A stretch of DNA of 32,000 nucleotides. Origin: Gemmata obscuriglobus. Its GTDB lineage: Bacteria; Planctomycetota; Planctomycetia; Gemmatales; Gemmataceae. Shown one piece after another: positions 19,597 to 27,100 of the stretch (positions are counted from its first letter, which is position 1; each line of letters opens with the position of its first letter). The position numbers were made by a program, and so were the translations under genes. The stretch spans positions 1,080,001 through 1,112,000 of the forward strand of contig NZ_CP042911.1 of NCBI RefSeq assembly GCF_008065095.1, in the 5' to 3' direction. The notes beneath the pieces are model-generated. The model made no database searches and was not told where the DNA came from. It was given only the letters and a program-made list of their open reading frames with translations.

Positions 19597-20048
19597 CAGA
19601 GGCATTATCACGGATTGGGCGCGGTGGTAAGCTCCGCGGAGTTGAAGATGTTGGGCCGGACCCGGTTGCCGCCGCCCACCCGATTCCGCCCGGTGCGGTC
19701 CAACACCACCGGCACGTCCGCCCCCCACCGCGTACCCAGGCCCCCGCGAACCGAACCGTCACCCGCTCGGAGCGGGCCTCGGTCACCATGGCCCACTCCG
19801 CCCCCGGTTCGATGAGCGCCGGCAGTGTGACGAACTCGTGGTTCCGGAACCGGGACATGCCGAGTGGCGACGCAACGCGCGTGGCCGTCCCCGGTAGCGC
19901 CGGGCGCGCGTGGGCGGCCGCGTTCACGGTGTGCGCGTGCCCCCGCACCAGGTGCCAGAATCGCTCCCGGTGCAACGTGTGCATACGGTCGAAATGGTAC
20001 ACATGGGCCATAATCTACCACCGCGCCCAATCCGTGATAACACCTCTG
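19597..20048. repeat. 33-bp inverted-repeat pair (31/33 identical) bracketing a 386-bp segment
   Basis: Left arm 19597-19629 is cagaggcattatcacggattgggcgcggtggta. The reverse complement of 20016-20048 is cagaggtgttatcacggattgggcgcggtggta. The two mismatches are adjacent. Confidence 0.85.
19608..20011 (-). pseudogene. frameshifted ORF of unknown function enclosed by the inverted repeats
   Basis: ATG 20011 lies 4 nt inside the right repeat. Coding-like GC3 runs through MAHVYHFDRMHTLHRERFWHLVRGHAHTV...VTVRF. GC3 then continues in another frame (WGADVPVVLDRTGRNRVGGGNRVRPNIFNSAELTTAPNP*), ending at a TGA inside the left repeat. Intact in neither frame. Confidence 0.35.
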
Positions 20049-20089
20049 GTATCAGCGGACGGGACGTGCGCGGTTCCAGGAAACGGCCC

Positions 20090-20815
20090 CTACTTGCCCA
20101 GCACGAGGTCTACCACCCAGCACCCGCGCACGTGCGGCCCCGGTCCGCGGCAGTGGTTCAGGATGTCGTCGCTGTCGCAACCGGCGTCTTGTAAGGCGTC
20201 CGCCAGAATCGGCAGCCGGTCGAACGCGCCCTCGTCGTAAATGCCGCGGGCCAGCGCGAGCGCGTCGGACGTGCGCCACGCCGGGTTCAGCACCACCGGG
20301 CGGAACGGGTTGCCGAAGATGTCGCGGATCAGGTCGGCCTGATACGCATCCTCGGCCTCTTCGGCTCTCTGGTGCGCGTTCTCGCTTTCATCGGGGAAAC
20401 TGGCCGCGGATCCGGCGGCGGACGCCGTCTCGCGCGCTACCTCTTCCGCGTCCGTGAGGTGGTCAATGATGTCGTCCGCCGCGATGCACGCCGCGGACGC
20501 CCCCTGATACCGGCCGTCGGGCGGCCCGTCCAGTTCCCAGGTCACCTGCCCGGCGTCGTGGGCCGCCTGTTCCAGCCGCTTCTTCGGAAGCCGGCCGTCC
20601 ACGTACCGCTCGACGGCGTCCAGCGCGGCCCGGCTCCGCGCGTCGATCAGCAGGTGCTCGACGCGTCGGCAGCACGCCACCGCGAACAGCCGCGCCTGAC
20701 GCGCCGGCGGCCAGACCGTCGGGTCGTCGTCCTCGACATCCTCGGGCGGGAGCCGGGCGAGGTGGTCGAGCATCATGTACGGGCTGTCCCAGACGTGCCA
20801 CTCCGCTTCCGTCAT
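20090..20815 (-). CDS. hypothetical protein of the Gemmata/myxobacterial family ending in ...HVRGCWVVDLVLGK
   Basis: Family-typical strings recalled from paralogues include RLFAVACCRRVEHLL and IFGNPFRPVVLNPAWRT. Also FDRLPILADALQDAGCDSDDILNHCRGPGPHVRGCWVVDLVLGK. The start lies 6 bp after the stop of the upstream gene, with GAGG in the spacer. Confidence 0.75.
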   Translation of the reverse strand: MTEAEWHVWDSPYMMLDHLARLPPEDVEDDDPTVWPPARQARLFAVACCRRVEHLLIDARSRAALDAVERYVDGRLPKKRLEQAAHDAGQVTWELDGPPDGRYQGASAACIAADDIIDHLTDAEEVARETASAAGSAASFPDESENAHQRAEEAEDAYQADLIRDIFGNPFRPVVLNPAWRTSDALALARGIYDEGAFDRLPILADALQDAGCDSDDILNHCRGPGPHVRGCWVVDLVLGK

Positions 20816-20821
20816 AGCGCC

Positions 20822-21607
20822 TCAGCTCAGTGCGTTCCCGAACCGCTCCTCCAGCACCGCCCAGTTGCGGTCGCGGATCGAGTTCTTCGTGATGCGCAGC
20901 TCCTTCAGCTTCCCCAGGTGCTCGCTCTGGGCCAGCGCCCGCGCGCCGCGGTCGGTGATGCGGTTGCCGCGCACGTCCAGCGACTCCAGCGCCCGCAACT
21001 GGGGCATGTTCGCCAGCACGACCGCCCCTTCGCTCCCGATCTCGTTGTCGGCCAGGAACAGCTCGCGGAGCCGCGACAGGTCCGGGTGCTCGCCGAGCAG
21101 CTTCAAGTCGCGGGCGGTCAGCTCCAGCCCCTCCATGTCGATGCGCTCCAGGCGCGACAGCAGCGGCGACTTGAACAGCGGCTCGGTCCACCACGCGTAC
21201 GCGCCGCTCACCTGGTCCCAGATGCGGCACGTGGTGAACTTCACCCGGGTCAGCGGGGTGAGCGCGAACCACCGCTCCGCGTGCTGGAGGAACAGGTTCG
21301 CGGGCACCTCGACCGTCTGCACGAACCCACGGGCGAACGACTCCTTGCGGGCGAACGGGATGAACGGCTCCAGCCACTGGGCGCCGTGCGCCTTCAACAG
21401 CTCGGCCCGGCGCGCGAACAGCACCGCCCGGCGGCGCTCGTCGGCGTCGGTGCCGGGCGGGGTGTTCGCCAGCTCCACCTCCCCCCGGATGTACGACGCC
21501 CGGGCCGCCTGTCCGTGCTCTTCGAGCCAGTCGGCGTACACCAGCCGGACGGTGTCGTCGTCCGGCTGCTCGCAGATCAGTCTGAGGAAGGCCGATTCGT
21601 CGCTCAT
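20822..21607 (-). CDS. TIGR02996 (repeat-companion) domain protein with leucine-rich repeats
   Basis: ATG 21607 gives MSDESAFLRLICEQPDDDTVRLVYADWLEEHGQ, the TIGR02996 signature. The C-terminal half has RNase-inhibitor-like LRRs (LRELFLADNEIGSEGAVVLA, LESLDVRGNRITDRGARALA, LKELRITKNSI). Confidence 0.85.
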   Translation of the reverse strand: MSDESAFLRLICEQPDDDTVRLVYADWLEEHGQAARASYIRGEVELANTPPGTDADERRRAVLFARRAELLKAHGAQWLEPFIPFARKESFARGFVQTVEVPANLFLQHAERWFALTPLTRVKFTTCRIWDQVSGAYAWWTEPLFKSPLLSRLERIDMEGLELTARDLKLLGEHPDLSRLRELFLADNEIGSEGAVVLANMPQLRALESLDVRGNRITDRGARALAQSEHLGKLKELRITKNSIRDRNWAVLEERFGNALS

Positions 21608-21800
21608 GACACCATCGTATCGCGCCCCCCGGGCGCCCCGGCAACGGCCGCGGCACCGGCGGGGGTGGGGTTTCCGTACTATAACCGCGGCCGGGCGCCG
21701 GTTCATCGACCGTTGCGGCGCCCCGTGCCGGTGGCACACACGGGCGCCGGCGCACACATTCACTCGGGGGCTCCAGCCCCCGCTCGCCAGATACAAGGTC

Positions 21801-24734
21801 ATGAGCGAAGAACGCCAACTGCACCTGCTGTCGTCGTACCGGCTGGCCACCTCGTACCCGCTCCAGCAGACGCCGGACGAGGTGGCGGCGTGGCTCAACG
21901 GGTACGCGGCCCTGTGGCACCCCGTGGCCCTCGCCGGCGCGACCCAGGCGCCCCAGGCGTCCAGCTCCTACGACCACGACTACCCGCGCACCGGGTTCGT
22001 GTACTGCATCCCCGAAGGGGCGCAACTGTTCCAGCCCGACAACTGGAGCGACCGGGTCGCGGAGGCGAAGGCGGTCGTGTTCCGCGCGACCGCGTCGCGC
22101 GCGGACACCGTCGAGCAACTGCTGGGCGCGCTGCGCGAGGCGGGGCAGACCGGGCCGCTGTTCGACGCGCCCGCGGAGGCCGTCCGCCTGTTCGCCGGGC
22201 TGGGCTACGGCTACCAGATGCTCGACACGCTGTACGAGGCGATGGACCACGAGAAGCTGCTCGACGGTCCGGGCTTCTGGGCGGACGTGGCGGCCGCCCG
22301 CGACGCCCTCGCGCGCGGCGAGGACTACCTGATTCACCTGCGGGCCGCCGCGGAGAAGCTCCAGGCCGGGCGCGAGCCGGTGTACTCAGGATCGCTGTAC
22401 TGGCTCGACTGGGTCCACCTGGACCCCAAGAACCTGAACGCGCAGTGGCCGACCTCGTTGCTCGCAGGATTGCCGATCACGCTGCTCGCGTCCGGCGAAA
22501 CGCTGGAGCGGCTCGCGGAGCAAGCCCCCGACCGGTTCGCGGAACTCAAAGCCAAGCTCCCGCCCGACTTGCCGCAGGCGGTCGACCTGTGCGTCGGCTC
22601 GTACCGGGACCGCGAAGACGCGCTGATGCCGGCCGAGAGCCAGTTGTGGAACCTGCGAGCCGCGCGCAAGGCGGCGCGCGCGCTGTTCGGCGTGGAGCCG
22701 GCGGTGTACGGGCGCAAGAAGTCGGCGTACCACCCGCAACTGCCCGGGTGGCTGCTGCACGCCGGGTTCAAGCACGCGGTGCTCATCAGTTCGGACGGCG
22801 GGCTGATCCCGAGCATCCGCTCGTCGGCGGTCAACTGGCCCGGCCCGGACGGCAAGGCGGTGGAGGCGTTCACCCGCGAGCCGCTCCCGGCCCACGACCC
22901 GCACACGTTCTTCAACCTCGTGTACCACCTGCACCAGGCCACCACCTACGACTCCGCGCCCACGGTGTCGCTGGTCCACAAGGGCGAGCCGGCGTTCGCG
23001 TCGTACGCGGACCTGCTCGCGCTGGCCGACCTGGCGCCGGTGTTCGGCGAGTGGACGAACCTGAGCCGCTACTTCGGGGGCGCGACCAGCGGCGACTACA
23101 TCGGCGTGCAGTCGGCCGACGAGTTCTTCGCCGACTACCTCGACGAGCGCGTCACCAACGAGCGCCGGTCCGACCCGGTGGGGGGCTTCCCGAAGCACCT
23201 GCGGGCGCGGCGCCGCATCGACTCCGCGTTCACGCTCGCGGCGCTGCACCGCGCGCTGACCCCGCCCACCGCCGAGGACGAGGCTTCGCTCAAGCGGCTG
23301 GAGGCGGTCGAAGACGCGATCGAGCTGGCGGGCGTGAACGAAGAACCTACCCCCCCGGCCCCCCTCCCTGAAGGGAAGGGGGAGATAGAACCTTCGCGCC
23401 TCGATAACGTGTTCGGCGCGCAGGACGCGAAGCGTGAACGCCCCCCACATCCCTTCAGAGAAGGGGGGCCGGGGGGCGGGCTGTCTTCCCTCGCCGAACT
23501 CGAATCGCACTGGGCGCAGAAGCTCGCCGACCGCATCCAGGTCCGCTCCGCGGCGGGGCAGCCGGGGCTGATGGTGTTCAACCCGTGCGCGTACACCCGG
23601 CGCGTCGCGCTGGAGGTGGACGGGTTCCGCGGCGCGATCCCGGTGACCGACCCGGTGAAGGCGGCGGAGTTCTCGGGCGGCGTGGCGCGCCTGGTGGTGG
23701 AAGTCCCGCCGCTGGGCTTCGCGTGGGTGCCGCGGGCCGGGAACGCGGCGCCGCCCAAGCCGCGGATCAAGCTCGCCGACGGGCTGACCGTGCGGAACGA
23801 GTTCATCGAGTGCGACCTCGACGCCACCACGGGCGGGATTCGTTCGTTCCGCGACCTGCGCACCCGGGCCACGCGCTTCGGCCAGCAACTGGTGTTCAAC
23901 CCGGGCAGCAAGATGGTGGCCCGCGACATCCGCGTCACCAACAGCGGCGCGGCGCTGGGCGAGATCGTGACCGTCGGCGATCTGGTCAGCGAGCGCGACG
24001 AGGTGCTGGCGGGCTTCACGCAGCGGGTGCGGGCGTGGCTCGGCCGCCCGGTGCTCGAACTGCGCATCGAACTCGACGTGAGGCACCAGCCGTCGGGGTA
24101 CCCGTGGCACGCGTTCTACGGGGCGCGGTTCGGGTGGCGCGACGACCGCGCGGTGCTGTTCCGCGGCGTGAACGGGGCGAACACGCAGACCGGGTACACG
24201 CGCCCGGTTTCGCCCGACTACCTCGAAGTCCGGCTCGGGGCCGAGCGCTCGTTCCTCTTCACCGGCGGGCTGCCGTTCGTCCAGCGGCACGGGTCGCGCA
24301 TGGCCGACGTGATCCTGGTGCCCGAGGGCGAGCGGGCGCGGACGTTCGACCTGCTGCTCGCCACCGACCGCGAGTGGCCGATGCAGACCGCGCAGGGCTG
24401 GGTGTCGCCCACGCCGGTGGTGCCCACCGAGAAGGGGCCGCCCGCGGTGGGCACGTCCGGGTGGCTGGGGCACGTGGACATCCCGAGCCTGCTGCTGCTG
24501 AGCCTGCGGCCGTGCCCCGCGGGCGAAGGCGGCGGCCGGGCGGTGGCGGGGACGTTCGTCGAAACGGCGGGGTTCGGCGGCGCCGCCGACCTGCGGTTCG
24601 CCCGCGACCCGAGCGCCGCGGCGCTCGTGGACGCCGCCGGCAACGTGCTCCAGCCCCTCACGCTGAACGGCGACGCGGTGCCGCTCGAATACTCCGCGGG
24701 CGAGACGTTCCGCGTGCGGGCCGAGTGGGCGTGA
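21801..24734 (+). CDS. large GH38 (alpha-mannosidase)-like protein, divergent; catalytic status uncertain
   Basis: ATG 21801 (MSEERQLHLL) gives 977 aa with consistent GC3 bias. The central segment GSYRDREDALMPAESQLWNLRAARKAARALFG...PQLPGWLLHAGFKHAVL resembles the GH38 core. The C-terminal part (LTVRNEFIECDLDATTGGIRSFRD...) resembles GH38 C-terminal beta domains. I did not find the canonical HxHxDxxW or PDxFG-type motifs. The 5' part of the 1319-aa track ORF overlaps the LRR gene and was rejected. Confidence 0.6.
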   Translation: MSEERQLHLLSSYRLATSYPLQQTPDEVAAWLNGYAALWHPVALAGATQAPQASSSYDHDYPRTGFVYCIPEGAQLFQPDNWSDRVAEAKAVVFRATASRADTVEQLLGALREAGQTGPLFDAPAEAVRLFAGLGYGYQMLDTLYEAMDHEKLLDGPGFWADVAAARDALARGEDYLIHLRAAAEKLQAGREPVYSGSLYWLDWVHLDPKNLNAQWPTSLLAGLPITLLASGETLERLAEQAPDRFAELKAKLPPDLPQAVDLCVGSYRDREDALMPAESQLWNLRAARKAARALFGVEPAVYGRKKSAYHPQLPGWLLHAGFKHAVLISSDGGLIPSIRSSAVNWPGPDGKAVEAFTREPLPAHDPHTFFNLVYHLHQATTYDSAPTVSLVHKGEPAFASYADLLALADLAPVFGEWTNLSRYFGGATSGDYIGVQSADEFFADYLDERVTNERRSDPVGGFPKHLRARRRIDSAFTLAALHRALTPPTAEDEASLKRLEAVEDAIELAGVNEEPTPPAPLPEGKGEIEPSRLDNVFGAQDAKRERPPHPFREGGPGGGLSSLAELESHWAQKLADRIQVRSAAGQPGLMVFNPCAYTRRVALEVDGFRGAIPVTDPVKAAEFSGGVARLVVEVPPLGFAWVPRAGNAAPPKPRIKLADGLTVRNEFIECDLDATTGGIRSFRDLRTRATRFGQQLVFNPGSKMVARDIRVTNSGAALGEIVTVGDLVSERDEVLAGFTQRVRAWLGRPVLELRIELDVRHQPSGYPWHAFYGARFGWRDDRAVLFRGVNGANTQTGYTRPVSPDYLEVRLGAERSFLFTGGLPFVQRHGSRMADVILVPEGERARTFDLLLATDREWPMQTAQGWVSPTPVVPTEKGPPAVGTSGWLGHVDIPSLLLLSLRPCPAGEGGGRAVAGTFVETAGFGGAADLRFARDPSAAALVDAAGNVLQPLTLNGDAVPLEYSAGETFRVRAEWA
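23350..23477. repeat. ~128-bp imperfect palindromic element inside the GH38-like CDS, read through in frame
   Basis: Left arm ccccccggcccccctccctgaaggga (23351-23376). The reverse complement of 23450-23476 is ccccccggccccccttctctgaaggga. An inner pair, cttcgcg (23392-23398) with cgcgaag (23426-23432), also forms. The element translates as PPAPLPEGKGEIEPSRLDNVFGAQDAKRERPPHPFREGGPGG. Confidence 0.8.
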
Positions 24735-24807
24735 CCGGGACCGCCGGAGCTACCGCGGGGGCGCGGGCGTCCGGCCGCTGACGCGCACGCGCCGTGGGCC
24801 TTCACGG

Positions 24808-24840
24808 CGGTTCGGCGCACTCACTTCGGGCGCCGAACCG
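24808..24840 (+). terminator. hairpin downstream of the GH38-like gene (possible terminator)
   Basis: A perfect 11-bp stem, cggttcggcgc (24808-24818) with gcgccgaaccg (24830-24840), and an 11-nt loop. It lies 74 nt after the stop. No U-tract. Confidence 0.35.
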
Positions 24841-25019
24841 AAGGGCCGGAGGCCCGCGCTCCCGCCCCGGCGCCATCGGACCGACCAATAGCTCGGCTTC
24901 TGGGTTCCGCTCGGCAGTTCCATTCAACACCCGGAGCCGTTCATAAACTGCCAGTAGGTTGCGCGCGGGCACACGGTCCTGCGCGGTTGACCGTTCTCCC
25001 CTTTCACGAGGAGCTGACC

Positions 25020-25643
25020 ATGGCGCACACTCTGCCCGCGCTGCCTTACGCGTTCGACGCGCTCGAGCCGCACATCGACGCCAAGACGATGGAGATCCAC
25101 AGCCAGAAGCACCATAAGGCGTACGTGGACAACCTGAATAAGGCGCTCGAGTCGGCCCCGGAACTGGCGAACAAGGACATCACCACGCTGCTCCGCGAGA
25201 TCGCCAGCGTTCCCGCGTCGATCAAGCAGGCGGTCATCAACAACGGCGGCGGGCACCACAACCACGCGCTGTTCTGGGATGTCATGGGGCCGAACGCCGG
25301 CGGCGAGCCCACCGGGGCGATCGCGGACGCCATCAAGGACGCGTTCGGGGACTTCGCCAAGCTGAAGGAAACGGTGAAGGCGAACGGCACCGGCCAGTTC
25401 GGCAGCGGGTGGAGCTGGGTCGTGTACAACCCGACCAGCGGCAAGCTCGAAGCGATCAAGAAGCCCAACCAGGACAGCCCGCTGATGGACGGCCTCGTGC
25501 CGGTGCTGGGCGTGGACGTGTGGGAGCACGCGTACTACCTGAAGTACCAGAACCTGCGCCCCGCCTACATCGACGCGTGGTGGAACGTGGTCAACTGGAA
25601 GGCGGTCGAGGCCAAGTACGCCGCCGCCAAGGCCGGGAAGTAA
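25020..25643 (+). CDS. sodA: superoxide dismutase, Mn-type
   Basis: [20 protein letters not shown]...[19 protein letters not shown] is the Mn-type signature rather than the Fe-type AQx[19 protein letters not shown] is also present. GAGGAG lies 7 nt upstream of ATG 25020. Confidence 0.95.
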   Translation: MAHTLPALPYAFDALEPHIDAKTMEIHSQKHHKAYVDNLNKALESAPELANKDITTLLREIASVPASIKQAVINNGGGHHNHALFWDVMGPNAGGEPTGAIADAIKDAFGDFAKLKETVKANGTGQFGSGWSWVVYNPTSGKLEAIKKPNQDSPLMDGLVPVLGVDVWEHAYYLKYQNLRPAYIDAWWNVVNWKAVEAKYAAAKAGK

Positions 25644-25674
25644 GTTCCAGGTCCAGTCGTTCCACGCCGGTGAT

Positions 25675-25716
25675 CCGGCGCGCCCCGCCTGCGTCAGCGG
25701 GCGGGGGGCGCGCCGG
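25675..25716 (+). terminator. strong GC hairpin 32 nt after the sodA stop (probable terminator)
   Basis: ccggcgcgccccgcc (25675-25689) pairs with ggcggggggcgcgccgg (about 25700-25716), with two extra G. Followed by tcacgttcg; no clean U-tract. Confidence 0.45.
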
Positions 25717-25928
25717 TCACGTTCGACAACCAGCGCCCCCGATCCCGGCCCCCGGTTCCCGCGGCACCATTTCGAGTTCGACCGCCCCGTGGCCCGCGCA
25801 CCTGCTGCGCGACGTGCTTCCGCAAACGAAGCGGACCGCGGGGAAGTGCGCCCGCGCCGGCGGCCGGTTCAACCACCCCGTGCGGCCCGGTGCGAGCGTC
25901 ACGAAGTGACCGGCTCCCTGGAGCGCGG

Positions 25929-26025
25929 GCCTCTGGCCAGCTTCTTTTGGCGCGTCGGACCGCTTCGAGAAATTCACGAAGCTCACACACGAAGAACGCT
26001 CCAGCGGGCCAGAGGCCCGCGCTCC
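25929..26025. repeat. 19-bp perfect inverted repeat with 59-bp spacer in the leader of the HNH gene
   Basis: ggagcgcgggcctctggcc (25929-25947) is the exact reverse complement of ggccagaggcccgcgctcc (26007-26025). A third copy with one mismatch, gggccggaggcccgcgctcc, lies at 24843-24862 upstream of sodA. Confidence 0.85.
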
Positions 26026-26040
26026 GGCAAGGCAAGCGCA

Positions 26041-26772
26041 ATGAACCCGCACGTCGGACAGGTGTACGCGCGGCGCCGCAGCGGGAAGGCCGAAGTCGTT
26101 CGCGTGACGGCGGTCGCGGGCGAGTGGGTCGAGTTCCAGTTCCTGCACGGCCCGGCCCGCTCGATGCGCGCCGGCGCCGGGCGGTGCAAGGCCAAGAACT
26201 TCGTGACCGCCGGCTGGGCGCCGACCGAGGAGCGCGGCGACTACTCCGCCCTCGACGGCGCCACCCGGTACGACACCTTCCGGGTGCTCGACACCAAGGG
26301 CGAGCCGATCCTGCGGTGCAGCGCCAAGCGGGCCGCGTTCTACCTCCGCAAGGGGTACGCCCGCGCGGCCGGTCCCGGCGTGCTGCAGTTCACCGACCCG
26401 CGGACCGAGGAGCGGTTGCGCGCGCTGTACCTGGGCGGGTTCACCGAGTTCTTCATGGAGGTGAAGAACGACCGGTGCGTGTGCTGCGGGGCCACGGCCG
26501 ACCTGACCCGGCACCACGTCGTCCCGAAGCGGCACAAGCGGAACGTGCCGCAGCCGTGGCGGTCGTGCCTGTCCAACGTGCTGTTCGTGTGCGGAACGTG
26601 CCACCGCATGTACGAGGAGGCGCCCGAGCCCGACGTGCGGCCCGGGGCGGACTGGCGCGCGTACGTGTGGGCGTGGCGGGACCACTTCCGGGCGGTGCTG
26701 GGGCCGCGGTTCCTGCCGCCCGGGTGGGACATCATCTCGGTGCAGAACTTCGACGCGCTCGGCGCGGGGTGA
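26041..26772 (+). CDS. HNH endonuclease domain protein
   Basis: The HNH/zinc-hook pattern is CVCCGATADLTRHHVVPKRH...SNVLFVCGTCHRMY. GC3 bias rises sharply at ATG 26041; the in-frame upstream stretch from 25789 has poor codon usage. Confidence 0.7.
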   Translation: MNPHVGQVYARRRSGKAEVVRVTAVAGEWVEFQFLHGPARSMRAGAGRCKAKNFVTAGWAPTEERGDYSALDGATRYDTFRVLDTKGEPILRCSAKRAAFYLRKGYARAAGPGVLQFTDPRTEERLRALYLGGFTEFFMEVKNDRCVCCGATADLTRHHVVPKRHKRNVPQPWRSCLSNVLFVCGTCHRMYEEAPEPDVRPGADWRAYVWAWRDHFRAVLGPRFLPPGWDIISVQNFDALGAG

Positions 26773-27100
26773 GCGCCCGGCGGCGCGAACGGGGCGGCCG
26801 GAGCTGACTGGAACGTGTTGCAGAACAATTATATCCGTTTCCCCCCGGATCGTTCCTATCGGTGTCGCGCTAACGCCGTTCGTGCGGCACGCGAACCGCG
26901 ACGTGTCGCGCGAATTGCGCGTTCGCCGGGAACCACAATTTCGCGCCCGCCGCGCGAAACCGTCCGCGATATCCGACACTCCCTTCCGCACTTCCGGGGC
27001 GTGCAGTTGTCACCGCCGGAATCGTGCCCCAAGGTTGTCGCGGACCGACCGCCGAGCGTGTCGTCCCGCCGCACGACCGACCCACGGGCCGACCGATCCA

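Noticed and set aside
19357-19728. 123-aa minus-strand ORF continuing leftward from the left inverted repeat
   Set aside because: Intermediate GC3, no motif, and it reads through the repeat. It is probably non-coding or a decayed fragment.
20372-24473. Very long overlapping ORFs (20372-23371 +, 20463-22337 -, 22386-24473 -, and the 5' 1 kb of 20775-24734 +)
   Set aside because: They overlap the TIGR02996-LRR, HVRGCW-tail and GH38-like genes, which have recognisable domains and proper GC3 periodicity. The rejected frames translate to Arg/Gly/Pro/Ala low-complexity sequence.
25789-26040. In-frame N-terminal extension of the HNH ORF
   Set aside because: Codon third positions are much less G/C-biased than after ATG 26041. 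The stretch also coincides with the inverted-repeat element, so it was treated as leader rather than coding.
25717-26991. 424-aa minus-strand ORF and 305-aa plus-strand ORF (25890-26807) overlapping the HNH gene
   Set aside because: Only the 26041-26772 frame contains a coherent HNH motif set and high GC3. The others are shadow frames.
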